DNA of 64,000 bases, taken from contig CAVPJD010000024.1 of NCBI GenBank assembly GCA_963705165.1, positions 128,001 through 192,000 of the forward strand, written 5' to 3'. The notes beneath the pieces were generated by a model. That model was given only the letters and a program-made list of their open reading frames with translations, was not told the origin of the DNA and searched no databases. Below are positions 9,393-19,857 of this stretch, one piece after another. Every line of letters starts with the position of its first letter. The stretch's first letter is position 1. Origin of the DNA: an uncultured delta proteobacterium (lineage in GTDB: Bacteria; Desulfobacterota; Syntrophia; Syntrophales; UBA2192). Made by a program: the position numbers and the translations under genes.

Positions 9393-11665
9393 TTACCTGT
9401 CCCCTGCCACCCTCATATTCTCGAGCATCCCCTCCAGCAGCAGAAGCGCCCCCTGCTTGTCCATGGGCCGGTTGTCGTTTCCGCACTTGGGCGAGAGGAT
9501 GCAGGCGGGGCATCCAACCTCGCAGGGGCAATCGCGGATGAGCTCCAGGGTCAGGCGTGTGACGCGCTCCATGAGGCCCTGTGCCTTTTCCGTCAGCCCG
9601 ATCCCGCCTTCGTAGCCGTCGTAGAGGAAGATGGTGGGCTCGCCCGTGCCGGGGTGCCCGGGCGTGGAGAGCCCGCCGATGTCCCAGCGGTCGCACATGA
9701 CCTCGAGAGGGAAGGATGGCGATCATGGCGTGCTCGAGGGCGTGCAGGGCGCCTCCGAAGTTGAGGCTTCGGTCGTAGATGGCCCGCCTGAGATCGCCGG
9801 GAATGGTGAACCAGAGCCCCGTTGTCCGGAAGCGAAGCGGCGGCAGATCCAGCTCCTCGCGCGCCACCACCTGGTCGTTCTGGATCACCTTGTAGCTCAA
9901 CGTCATTTCGGTGACCTCGAGCTCGCCCAGGTGGACGGACATCTGACCGAGCCTGCGCGAGGACCTCGTGCCGAGGATCTCGAGATCGACGGCCTTCACG
10001 GCCTGGGTGTAGTAGTCCACGTCCTTGCGCTCCACCTCGACGAGGTGGTTCTCCACGTCGAAGCGCCTCACCACGTGGGACTCGCCCTGGTGCAGCAGCA
10101 CGGCGCCCATGTGGGCCTCCCGGTAGGCTTGCCCCGTGTCCATCGTCTCGAGAAGCACACCGTCGCAGGTGATGCGGTAGGCATCGCGCGCGATGTGGTC
10201 GAGGCCGACGGCCTCCACGGGCCTTCCGCGGCCCGTATAGACCCAGCCGTGGGGCGTTTCTTTCACGAGGCCCTCCGCGGCCAGCTCGCCGAGCATGTCG
10301 CTGACGTGCGCCGCAGGGAAGATGTCTTCGCTGCGGGCGTCAAAGGGAATTCGGCTACGGCGCACAGCAACTGCCCCGAGAGGATGTAGGGGTTGGCAAG
10401 ATCGATGATGGCCTGCTCGTGGGGCTTGCCGAAGAAGGACTCGGGGTGTTTCATCAGGTACTGATCCAGCGGGTTCTGAAAGCCCACAAGGACGGCCAGG
10501 GCATCGCGGTTGCGGCGCCCCGAGCGGCCCGCCTGCTGCCAGGTGGCAAGCACCGTCCCCGGGTAGCCCGAGATGATGACGCAGTCGAGCGATCCGATGT
10601 CGATGCCCACCTCCAGGGCATTGGTCGAGGTGACCCCCGTCAGGAGGCCCCGTTTGAGTCCGTCCTCGATCTCGCGGCGCTCCTGGGGGAGGTAGCCCGC
10701 CCGGTAGGCGGCGATCTGCCCGGCAAGGGCCGATCCGGCTGCCGTCGATTCCTTCGACCACAGGGCGATGAGCTCCGCCATCCGTCTCGATGCCGTGAAG
10801 CACAGCGTCTGCAGTCCCCGCTTCACGAAGTAAAGAAAGAGGTCCCTCGTCTCCTGGTGGGGCGAGAGGGTGCCCCCGCCATCGAAGAAGGGGTTGTAGA
10901 AAAGGAAGGTCTTTCCGCCGCTGGGCGAGCCGTCCTCGGAGATGACGTCGAAGGGAAGGCCTACGAGCTTTTCGCCGAACTCCTGCGGGTTGGCAAGCGT
11001 CGCCGTCGAGAGGACAAAGCGGGGCGAGGAGCCGTAGAAGCGGGCGATGCGGCGCAGCCTGCGGATGACGAAGGCCACGTTGGACCCGAAGACCCCCCGG
11101 TAGCGGTGGGCCTCGTCGAAGACGACGTAGCGAAGGTTGCGGAAAAAGCGCTCCCACTTGGAGTGCCAGGGAAGCACGTGGTGAAGCTCGTGGGGGTTTG
11201 TGACGATGATCCGGGACATCTCGCGGATGCGCCCGCGGCGCGAAACCGGCGTGTCGCCGTCGTAGACGGCCGCATCGGCCCGGATGCCCGTGGAGCGCTC
11301 CATGTCCTTGAAGACCTTGAGCTGGTCGTTCGACAGGGCCTTGGTGGGGTAGACGAAAAGGGCCGTGGCCTGCCGGTCGCTCTCGAGGGTCTCGAAGACG
11401 GGAAGGTCAAAGCCGAGGGTCTTCCCCGACGCGGTGGGCGTGCAGAGGATGACGTTTCGCCCCGCCCGCAGGGCCTCGACGGCCTGGCACTGGTGGCTGT
11501 AGAGGCGGATGCGACGGGAGTTCAGGTAGTGGGCAATGCCGGCCGAGAGCGGTTTGCCTCGAGCTCTCCGTATTGCGGCTCCCGGGCCGGCAGGACCTCG
11601 ATGTGGGCGATGCGGTCCCGGAAGCGGGGGCTCCTTTGGAGAGATTCCAGGGCGGTCTCGATCAC
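9393..11665 (-). pseudogene. MrfA/YprA/Hrq1-type DEAH helicase with DUF1998 domain, split by three frameshifts (pseudogene or sequence errors)
   Basis: [46 protein letters not shown] and CPCEVGCPAC motifs lie in four in-register segments; shifts near 11555, 10335 and 9708. Confidence 0.85.
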
Positions 11666-12798
11666 GGATGCCACTCCTCGTGGAGTTTCGAAAAGAGGCT
11701 TGCCAGCGTGAGCAGATCGCGGCGGTTGTGCTCGACAATGGGGACGAGCGGCCCGGGGTTGCCGGTCCGCATGTAGCTCTCGTAGAATTCGGGCACCAGA
11801 GCGCTCGGCACGTCGTCTTCCCTCTGGATGCCCAAAAAACAGCTCTCCAGCGTCGTCAGCTTGCAGTCGGGTACGCAGTCGCGCCAGGCCCGGCGCGAGA
11901 AGTGAAGGACGTCGAAGTGGGGCCCCTCGAGGTTTGCGCGGATGCCGTAGTAGGCGAGCCGTTCGCGGATGTAGGGGATATCGAAGGTGCGCCCGTTGTA
12001 GGTGACGAAGGCCCTGCGGCCGCTCAGGTGGGTGAGCAGGCCCGCCAGTGCTGCCGGCTCCTCGTCGATGCGGCGCAGTAGGTACTGCTCCACGCGGATC
12101 TCGACGCCGTGTACCCGGGCAAGCCCCAGCAGGATGATGGGCCGCTGGAACATGCCGAGGGTCTCGATGTCGAGGAAAATGAAATCCTCCTCGCGGTGGA
12201 AACCCGACGAGAAGAGGGCCAGCGGGTGGGATTTCAGGAACCCCCGGCCGATCCAGTCGAGAAGGCCCGCCGTGTCGCCTTCTTCCACCATTTTCAAGAT
12301 ACTCCGGGCCTGCCCGCCGAAGCGGGGGTGATCGGCCAGATCGGCGATGGAGCCTACGCCCCGGCGCTTCAGGGCCGCCTCGGTCACCTCGCCCACGCCG
12401 TAGAGTAGCTTGAGATCCGAGAGGATGCGGCGGCCGGCCTCGGCGGGGTCGACGGTCCGCAGGCGGCTCGCGTCGCGGCTCACAAGGCGGTAGCAGACCC
12501 CGTGGGCCGTGCGCACCTCTTCCCCGGGCAGGACATCTTCCAGGGACTGGCCCCGGTATCTGCGCAGCAACTCGCTCTTGAGCCGCTGGGCCTCGTGGTA
12601 CTCCCGGGTTTCGACCCAGCTGGCGGCGAAGGGCCGCGCGGGCATCGTCTGTTCGTGCTCGATGACGACGACTTCGCTTGCCCGCTCGAGGCTCTCCCGA
12701 AGCCTGCGGCCGATGTGGCCGCCCGGCCTGTTGTCTCTTTCCCGTTCGCTCATCCCTCGATCACTTTCCGTTATTTCCCGATAGCGATGGCCGGTCAT
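11662..12798 (-). CDS. MrfB/YprB-like RNase H-fold 3'-5' exonuclease
   Basis: [24 protein letters not shown] motifs; TGA overlaps the helicase GTG start; start codon uncertain. Confidence 0.85.
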   Translation of the reverse strand: MTGHRYREITESDRGMSERERDNRPGGHIGRRLRESLERASEVVVIEHEQTMPARPFAASWVETREYHEAQRLKSELLRRYRGQSLEDVLPGEEVRTAHGVCYRLVSRDASRLRTVDPAEAGRRILSDLKLLYGVGEVTEAALKRRGVGSIADLADHPRFGGQARSILKMVEEGDTAGLLDWIGRGFLKSHPLALFSSGFHREEDFIFLDIETLGMFQRPIILLGLARVHGVEIRVEQYLLRRIDEEPAALAGLLTHLSGRRAFVTYNGRTFDIPYIRERLAYYGIRANLEGPHFDVLHFSRRAWRDCVPDCKLTTLESCFLGIQREDDVPSALVPEFYESYMRTGNPGPLVPIVEHNRRDLLTLASLFSKLHEEWHP

Positions 12799-13052
12799 TG
12801 GGGGACGGGAATGAAGGTGGGTGCGACGGGCGCGCAGGGCACCCCCTGAAGCGCGGCCAGGGCGACGGCGCAACGGAGCACCGTGCCGTTTCCCGAGTGC
12901 ATGGAGCCGTCAATCTCAATCATGGCAATCAAGCGACCGCCCGGCAGAAAAGAGGCCGGTGACCAGTGCACCGGTGACCGGTGAAAAAAAGGGGGTCGGA
13001 TCCCGGTATTTTCTTTTCCCTATACCCTTGACCCTATACCCTTTACCCTTCT

Positions 13053-13214
13053 TTAATCCGCCGGTGTGAACTCGCTCCTAGCCGCCCCGCAAATCGGGCA
13101 AACCCAATCTTCGGGAAGTTTCTCGAAGGCCGTCCCCGCCTTGATCCCGCCATCGGAGTCCCCTTCCTCGGGATCGTAGATGTAACCGCAAACCGTGCAT
13201 TCGTATTTTTTCAT
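13053..13214 (-). CDS. Rubredoxin (53 aa, below the ORF-track cutoff)
   Basis: Manual translation [53 protein letters not shown]. Confidence 0.95.
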   Translation of the reverse strand: MKKYECTVCGYIYDPEEGDSDGGIKAGTAFEKLPEDWVCPICGAARSEFTPAD

Positions 13215-13330
13215 AACCGGTATCCTTTCAAGAGAAAATCAGGTGAAGGTTGGGGTCGGGAACCCTGAAGGTAAACCCATCGCTTTCCGACAAGAATTTA
13301 TACCCGAAACGCACGGGAAGCACAAGAATC

Positions 13331-13418
13331 AGTGTTCAGTGGTTTGTGGTTTGTGTTTAGTGACAAGAGCGTGAAGAACTTTTCCTCACGAATCACCAGC
13401 CACTAGTCACTAGCCACT
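13331..13418. repeat. Inverted pair of degenerate heptamer arrays
   Basis: AGTGTTC/AGTGGTT/TGTGGTT... arm and ...CACCAGC/CACTAGT/CACTAGC arm. Confidence 0.65.
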
Positions 13419-14191
13419 TAGTTCTGGCATTCGGGACAAAAGAACGTGCTGCGGCCGGCAATCACGTTTCGCTGAATCGCGCACCGGCACTTTACGCAAG
13501 GCTCCCCTTTCCTGCCGTAGACCCGCAGCTGACGCTGGTACTCCCCGTGGCCTGCGTAGAGATCCCGCCAGTCGGAGATAGACGTTCCCCGGCTTTGGAC
13601 GGCCTTCTCCAGAATGCGCTTCGACAACACCGCAATTTTCTTCCATTCGGCCGGTGCAAGACTGCAGGCCGGGCGCATCGGGTCGATGCCCGCCTCGTGG
13701 AGGATCTCGCTTGCGTAGATGTTGCCGATGCCGGCGACGGTCTTCTGATCCATGAGGAAGGACTTGACGGGAAGCCGCCGCCTGCGGGCCGCCTCGCCGA
13801 GGCGCCTCGGCTCGATCTTCTCGAGGCCGTCCGGCACAGGGCTTGGCACTGGAGGACTGCACAGATCAACCGTGGCAAAGCGCCTGGGGTCGGAGAGAAC
13901 GAGGCGGCCGCCCCTGAATGTAAGCTCCAGTCTCGCATGGGGCGGGATATCGTCCTTCTCCAGCCAGAAGAAGCGTCCCGTCATGCGGAGTTGGAAGACG
14001 AGGCACATCCCGTCCGAAAGCGTCCAGACCATCTTCTTGCCATGACGGGATACCGACCGAACGGTCTTTCCCGCAAGAGGCGGCAGGTGCTCCAGCTTCG
14101 GGTCAATGACACGCGATGACAGGATCTGGCTCTCCTCGATCACCTCGCGCAACTGCCGGCACAGGGTCTCGACCTCGGGTAACTCAGGCAT
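13418..14191 (-). CDS. mutM: Formamidopyrimidine-DNA glycosylase (Fpg/MutM)
   Basis: MPELPEVET, GIGNIYASE, C-terminal zinc finger CVKC...CPECQ. Confidence 0.95.
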   Translation of the reverse strand: MPELPEVETLCRQLREVIEESQILSSRVIDPKLEHLPPLAGKTVRSVSRHGKKMVWTLSDGMCLVFQLRMTGRFFWLEKDDIPPHARLELTFRGGRLVLSDPRRFATVDLCSPPVPSPVPDGLEKIEPRRLGEAARRRRLPVKSFLMDQKTVAGIGNIYASEILHEAGIDPMRPACSLAPAEWKKIAVLSKRILEKAVQSRGTSISDWRDLYAGHGEYQRQLRVYGRKGEPCVKCRCAIQRNVIAGRSTFFCPECQN

Positions 14192-14345
14192 CGCATCATC
14201 CTTATTTACGAAGAGTTCAGCATTTTATGCGGGCAGGCGTATGCGAAGCTGAGATGCGGGGAAGGTAAGAAGGCGAGGAAGTTCAGTGGTTTTTTATTCT
14301 CACTTTATTTCCCGACACGCTACACGCTGCACCCTGCACGCTTTT

Positions 14346-15809
14346 TCATTCCGCCGCACCCTTGGCAGGAGCCGCTTTTGGCCTCACACGGATCGTCACT
14401 TCGACGCTCAGGGGCTTGCCCCCCTCGAAAGACACTTCGGGCGGGGTGATCAGCTTGGCCGTCAAAATTGTGGTAGCCGTTACTTTTCTCAAGTCGACGG
14501 GTTCCGTAAAGATCTGCAGGTCCGTCCCGATGAACCGTTTCGGCAGAAGAACCGACACGTGGGTCGGCTTTGTCTCGATGCGCTGCAGGATTACCCCCGG
14601 TGGCAAGGACCCTTCAGTGCGCACCTCCACGGGCAGAACCGCGGTGCGCAGCCTGGAGGCATTTACGATGATGCGGGTGGGAGTCACGTTCACCACGGAG
14701 ATGTTGGCCGGCGTCCTGATCATGTCGTTGGTCAGCTCGATCTCCTGCCTTCCCTCCCTTACGCCCGCCAGATCGACGGATACCCGCAGGCTCGCGGGGT
14801 TCAGGAGATTGAAGGCCTGTTCTGGCCCCGACAGGGTGCCTTTCGCCTCGGTGATCTTCGTCCCCTCGATGACCCACTGGGGCGAGAGGTTTCTGTACTC
14901 GATGGGCAGGGTGAAGTCGCGCCGGACGAGATCTTTCTGATAGCCGAAAGCAACCCACAGGATGGAGGCCAGGAGGATGGCCGTCGCCTTCTCCAGGGGG
15001 TTGCGCCGGAACCAGTTCAGGATGTGGCTGGTTTTTTCCTTCGGCATCTTTTTTCCGTAGAGACGCTCGAGGATCATGCTGAGCTCGGTGGGATTCTTCA
15101 AGACGTCGATTCGTCCCGCGAAGGCTACGGAGATCGTGCCCCGCTCTTCGGAAACGACGATGCAGGTGGCATCGGTGCGCTCCGACAGGCCGAGGGCCGC
15201 CGTGTGGCGCAGGCCGAGGTTGCCGATCCTTTCCACATTGGTCGAAAGGGGCAGGTGGCAGCCGAAGCTGACGAGCCTTCCGCGATCGATGACGACGGCC
15301 CCGTCGTGACCGATGGAGTGGGGGTCGAAGATGCTCTCGAGCAGAGGCTGGCTGAGCACCCCGTCCAGGGGAAAGCCGCCGGCCACGTGCCGGTCGAGGG
15401 GGTCTTCGCCCTGGATGACGATCAGGGCGCCCATGTGCTGGCGGGCCAGGTTCGCCGCGGACTGGACGATGATCTCCACCTCCGCGTGGAGCGTGGAGAC
15501 GCGGCCGCTTTTCCGAAAGCGGCCCCAGGTGGCGATTCGCTCGAAGAACCGCCGGAACTCCTCCTGGAAAATGATCACCATGGCCAGAAGGATGACGGCG
15601 AAAAATCCCTGGAGCACCGCCGCCGAGAGGTAGAGCTGGAACGAGCGGGCCAGGTAGTAGATGATGCCGAGGATGCCGATCCCCACGAGGACAAACCGCG
15701 AGGCGGCATCCCTGAACCAGACCAGCAATCCGTAGATCATGAAGGTGATCAGAAGGATGTCAAAAAAATCCTGGATCCGGAAGCTGTGAAGAAGAATCGA
15801 TATGTCCAT
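14346..15809 (-). CDS. dacA: Diadenylate cyclase (CdaA/DacA-like) fused to YbbR domains
   Basis: Three N-terminal transmembrane helices, IIFQEEFRR, HDGAVVI, GLRHTAALG, VVSEERG; C-terminal YbbR-like repeats. Confidence 0.85.
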   Translation of the reverse strand: MDISILLHSFRIQDFFDILLITFMIYGLLVWFRDAASRFVLVGIGILGIIYYLARSFQLYLSAAVLQGFFAVILLAMVIIFQEEFRRFFERIATWGRFRKSGRVSTLHAEVEIIVQSAANLARQHMGALIVIQGEDPLDRHVAGGFPLDGVLSQPLLESIFDPHSIGHDGAVVIDRGRLVSFGCHLPLSTNVERIGNLGLRHTAALGLSERTDATCIVVSEERGTISVAFAGRIDVLKNPTELSMILERLYGKKMPKEKTSHILNWFRRNPLEKATAILLASILWVAFGYQKDLVRRDFTLPIEYRNLSPQWVIEGTKITEAKGTLSGPEQAFNLLNPASLRVSVDLAGVREGRQEIELTNDMIRTPANISVVNVTPTRIIVNASRLRTAVLPVEVRTEGSLPPGVILQRIETKPTHVSVLLPKRFIGTDLQIFTEPVDLRKVTATTILTAKLITPPEVSFEGGKPLSVEVTIRVRPKAAPAKGAAE

Positions 15810-15899
15810 CGGTGTAGGTATTCCCGTATATTTTCAAGCAGAAACGCTGCGCTGATTCGCCATGCAAGCAGCGCGCCTCGCATTGGGGGCAACGCCCCG

Positions 15900-16883
15900 T
15901 CAGGCCCTGAAAGTAAGGGTGGTGCCCGACATATTCAGGATAAATTGCCCGGGCATGGCCTGCTCCACCTGCATGATCGCCTTGCGCCCCGTGCAGTGAC
16001 AGGGGATGACGAAATCCGGCCCGATCTTCCGCAACTCTTCCGCCGTGGGTCCGATGACCGCTTCGAAGGCAGGTCCCGAGAGATGGAATCCCCCCATCAC
16101 GGCGTGAACCTTTCCGACGCCCGTGACGGCCATGGCGTGGCGCACCGTGTTGACGATCCCCGAGTGGGCGCAGCCTGAAAGAACGATGAGCCCCTTGCCT
16201 CGCAGGTTCATGACGACGGAGGAATCCTCTTCGATGGGATCCCAGGATTCTTTCCCGCCTTCGAGAAAGTATGCATTGGGCATCCCTTTCTCAAATTCCG
16301 TCGTCCGTTCCACCTCGCCCAGGAAAAGGGCATCCCCCTCCAGCAGCGCGAGAGGTTCGCTGGTTTCGACCACGCGAAGCCCCAGAGATTCGAGGGATTG
16401 ACGCGAGAGTTTCGGGAAGGAGATCTTCGCGCCGCGCCGGGTCATGTATCGGTCGGGCTTGAACGCCGCCGGGTGCAGTACGATTTCGAGGTCTTTCCTG
16501 CCGATCTTCTCGGTCAGTTTCTTAAGCCCCCCGGTGTGGTCGCTGTGACCGTGCGAGAGAACCAGAGCCTCCACGTCGCGCAGATCCACGTTGAGTGCGT
16601 CGGCGTTGAATGCCGCTCCCTGCTCGGAAAATCCGAAATCGAACAGCAGCGTCCTCGCCCTCCCCCCGCGGTTCACGCGAACGAGGGCGGAAAACCCATG
16701 TTCGGCCTGGATGGAATTGCGGAACTCTCCGGCCCTGTCGCCTTTCGCACGGCTTACGACTTCCGTGTCGTCCATGGCCGTGACCTCGATATAGTTGTCC
16801 TGGAGAGAGAGTATCTCCACGCGGTCGAGTTCGTTGAGGTCCATCCCCGCCATCCGTTGCAAGCACTTGAAAAATTTCGTCAT
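15900..16883 (-). CDS. MBL-fold metallo-hydrolase
   Basis: AEHGFS, SHGHSDHTGG, GCAHSG, GGFHL, PCHCTG motifs; start may be 16853. Confidence 0.88.
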   Translation of the reverse strand: MTKFFKCLQRMAGMDLNELDRVEILSLQDNYIEVTAMDDTEVVSRAKGDRAGEFRNSIQAEHGFSALVRVNRGGRARTLLFDFGFSEQGAAFNADALNVDLRDVEALVLSHGHSDHTGGLKKLTEKIGRKDLEIVLHPAAFKPDRYMTRRGAKISFPKLSRQSLESLGLRVVETSEPLALLEGDALFLGEVERTTEFEKGMPNAYFLEGGKESWDPIEEDSSVVMNLRGKGLIVLSGCAHSGIVNTVRHAMAVTGVGKVHAVMGGFHLSGPAFEAVIGPTAEELRKIGPDFVIPCHCTGRKAIMQVEQAMPGQFILNMSGTTLTFRA

Positions 16884-16990
16884 CTTTATTTAACACATTT
16901 TGTTCAAAACGCTACCCCAAATTTGCCCGAAGGCCCCGGAAGGCCCGTCAGCGACCTGCGGGCAGGCGTTTGCGGGCGGCGAAAAGCGGT

Positions 16991-17019
16991 TTGACCGGCC
17001 CCGGAAATCCTGTTATAAA
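16991..17019 (+). promoter_or_regulatory. Sigma70-type promoter of thyX
   Basis: TTGACC-17 nt-TATAAA with a TG extended -10. Confidence 0.6.
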
Positions 17020-17049
17020 TTTCGCCTGCAACGGAAGGGAGCGCATCAC

Positions 17050-18519
17050 TTGAAAATCATTCTTGCCGGTTTCAATCTCGACTACGAGACGATTCAGGAA
17101 GTCCAGGCCGCCAACCCAGATGCCAAGCATTTCACGCCGGAGACCGTCTCGGCGGCCTACGCCCGCATCAGCCGCAACCCGGCGCCCGTCAACGAACTGA
17201 GGGCCGCTGCCCGCAAGGAGGTGGAGAAGGCGCGGCGCTCGAACCAGGCGATCGTCTTCGACATGGGGCACAGCTCGATTGCCGAGCACGCCGTCTTCAA
17301 CATCGACGTCCTGGGGGTCTCGCGCCTTCTTGTTGAAGAGATCGAGAAATTCCGCCTGTGCTCCTACACGGAGAAATCCCAGCGCTACGTGCTCCTGCGC
17401 GACGACTTCGTCATCCCCCGGGAGATCCGGGAGGCCGGCCTCGCGGAGAGCTTCACCCGGACCGTGAAGGCCCAGAACGCCTTCTACCACAGGCTCTACG
17501 AGGGCCTGCTGCCCTGGGTCCTCGATCAAAACCAGGAGCTTGCCGCCTCACCGGCGAATCGCTCCATGCTGGAAGGCTGGGCCAAGGAGGATGCGCGCTA
17601 CGTGCTCTGCCTGGCCACGGAGGCCCAGCTCGGGATGACGCTCAACACGCGCAACCTCGAGCTCATGCTCCGGCGGCTTGCCGCCTGCCCGCTCGACGAG
17701 GCCCGGGAATACAGCCGGCAGCTCTACGACGCCACAAAAGAGATTGCGCCTTCCCTGGTCCGCTACACGGCGGCCACCGAATACGACTGCCTCACAAGGG
17801 ACGATCTCCGCGAAATCGCCAAGACGATCATCGGCAAGGCGGGCTCACGCCCCGCCGAAGGCCCGCCCGAACAGGTCCGCCTCGCCTGGGCAACACCCGA
17901 TGCCGATACCCGCACCGCCGCCGCGCTTCTGCACGCAGCATCCAGTCTTCCCCTGGAGGAGTGCCACGGGATCGCCGCGTCCATGTCCTCCGCCGACAGG
18001 GAATCGCTCTTCAAGGCCTCCTTCCGCCGCATGAAGGCCTGGGACACGCCGCTGCGGGCGTTCGAGAACGTCGATCTGCAGTTCGACCTCGTCGTGAGCG
18101 CCTCGTGCTTTGCCCAGCTCAAGCGGCACCGGATGGCCACCCTCGTGACGCAGGACTACGACCCGGCCCTCGATGTGACGGTGCCGCCCTCGATTGCCGC
18201 CATCGGCATGGAAACGCCCTTCCGCGAGATGATGGCCCGGACGGAGGAGACCTTCGAGACGATCCGGCGCACTTCACCTCTGGCGGCCCCCTACATCCTC
18301 ACCAACGCCCACCGCAAGCGCGTCCTCATGAAGCTCAACGCCCGGGAGCTCTACCACATCGCGCGCCTGCGGGCCGACCGCCACGCCCAGTGGGACATCC
18401 GGCACCTCACGGAGAAGATGCTGGCCCAGGCCCGCAAGGCCATGCCGCTCACCCTCATGATGGCCGGCGGCAAGGACCGCTTCGCGGAGCTCTACGGGGA
18501 AAACTTCCCATCGACTTGA
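17050..18519 (+). CDS. thyX: FAD-dependent thymidylate synthase, long tandem-domain form
   Basis: AYARISR, GHSSIAEH, EKSQRY, AQLKRHR motifs; TTG start after AAGGGAG. Confidence 0.85.
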   Translation: MKIILAGFNLDYETIQEVQAANPDAKHFTPETVSAAYARISRNPAPVNELRAAARKEVEKARRSNQAIVFDMGHSSIAEHAVFNIDVLGVSRLLVEEIEKFRLCSYTEKSQRYVLLRDDFVIPREIREAGLAESFTRTVKAQNAFYHRLYEGLLPWVLDQNQELAASPANRSMLEGWAKEDARYVLCLATEAQLGMTLNTRNLELMLRRLAACPLDEAREYSRQLYDATKEIAPSLVRYTAATEYDCLTRDDLREIAKTIIGKAGSRPAEGPPEQVRLAWATPDADTRTAAALLHAASSLPLEECHGIAASMSSADRESLFKASFRRMKAWDTPLRAFENVDLQFDLVVSASCFAQLKRHRMATLVTQDYDPALDVTVPPSIAAIGMETPFREMMARTEETFETIRRTSPLAAPYILTNAHRKRVLMKLNARELYHIARLRADRHAQWDIRHLTEKMLAQARKAMPLTLMMAGGKDRFAELYGENFPST

Positions 18520-18536
18520 CCCAGGAACCAATCGGC

Positions 18537-19802
18537 ATGATCCAGTTCAACGCCCTCTTCGCGGGTTTCATCGTCCTCTTTGCCGCCGCCGCCCTCACCC
18601 GGTATGTGCTTGCCCGGATGAATATCGCCCACCTGCGCGAGCACGGCCACATCGTCCCCGAGGCCTTCCGGGATCAGATCGACGGCGCGACCCTTACCCG
18701 CATGCGGGATTACACCGTGGAATCATCGCGATTCCAGTCCCTGGAGTCTCTCGCCGACGACGCCATCCTCCTGGCCGTGCTGGCGGGCGGGGTGCTCCCC
18801 TGGCTTTGCGGCGCCATCGAGTCGTGGAACTTCCATGCCGTCTGGTCAGGCACGCTCTTTTTCGGCATTCTCTACGCGGTGAGCGTTCTGCTCGACATCC
18901 CCTTCAGCCTCTACGGCACCTTCGTCATCGAGAAGAAATACGGTTTCAGCACCATCACGCCGCAGCTCTGGCTCATCGATCTTGTCAAGTCCCTGGCCGT
19001 CTCCGTCATCCTGATGGCCCTGCTCTTCATCCCCTTCTTTGCGCTCGTCCACTGGCTGCCGCAGTCGTGGTGGTTTGCCGCCTGGGTGTTCTTCGCCCTT
19101 TTCCAGATGCTCATGATCTGGCTCTACCCCCTGGTGATCGCCCCGTTGTTCAACAAGTACGTACCCGTCAAAGACGACGTGCTGCGGGAGCGCATCATGG
19201 TCATGGCCGAAAAAGCGGGGCTTCGGGCCGAGGGGATCTTCGAGGTCGACGCAGGCAAGCGCAGCCGTCACTCCAACGCCTACTTCACGGGGCTTGGCAA
19301 ATCGAAGCGGATCGTGCTCTTCGACACGCTGCTCGCCGCCCACAGCCACGACGAGATCGTGGCCGTGCTGGCCCACGAGATCGGCCACTGGAAGCTTCGC
19401 CACATCCTGAAACAGCTCATCCTCATGGAGGTTGTCGCCCTCGCGGGTTTCTTCCTGGTCTTCCGCCTCATGGGCTGGCCTTTTCTCTATGAGACCTTCG
19501 GGTTTGCGGGGCCCCTGCCCTACGCAGGGCTTCTGCTTGCGGCCATCGTGCTGAAACCGGCGGCCTTCTTCCTCACGCCCATCGGTGCCGTCGTCTCGCG
19601 AACGTACGAGAGGGATGCAGACCGTTACGTGCTGGGGCTTATCGGCTCGACCCGCTTCCTTGCACAGGCCCTGAAACGCCTGGCGAAGGAGAATCTGGCC
19701 AACCTCCACCCCCACCCGGCCTACGTTGCCTTCTACTATTCCCACCCGCCGCTTGCCGAGCGGGTGGAGCGCCTGCTGAACATGGACAAGCAGGCCCCTT
19801 GA
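18537..19802 (+). CDS. M48 (Ste24-like) membrane zinc metallopeptidase
   Basis: NAYFTG, AHEIGH, ERDAD, YYSHPP motifs. Confidence 0.92.
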   Translation: MIQFNALFAGFIVLFAAAALTRYVLARMNIAHLREHGHIVPEAFRDQIDGATLTRMRDYTVESSRFQSLESLADDAILLAVLAGGVLPWLCGAIESWNFHAVWSGTLFFGILYAVSVLLDIPFSLYGTFVIEKKYGFSTITPQLWLIDLVKSLAVSVILMALLFIPFFALVHWLPQSWWFAAWVFFALFQMLMIWLYPLVIAPLFNKYVPVKDDVLRERIMVMAEKAGLRAEGIFEVDAGKRSRHSNAYFTGLGKSKRIVLFDTLLAAHSHDEIVAVLAHEIGHWKLRHILKQLILMEVVALAGFFLVFRLMGWPFLYETFGFAGPLPYAGLLLAAIVLKPAAFFLTPIGAVVSRTYERDADRYVLGLIGSTRFLAQALKRLAKENLANLHPHPAYVAFYYSHPPLAERVERLLNMDKQAP

Positions 19803-19857
19803 TTTTGACCCGTGAATCGATACAATGAGGCAAAACAGGCTGCAAAGGTAGGAACGC

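Noticed and set aside
9393..11665. Programmed frameshifting in the helicase
   Set aside because: Three shifts in different directions with no canonical slippery heptamer; indels are more parsimonious
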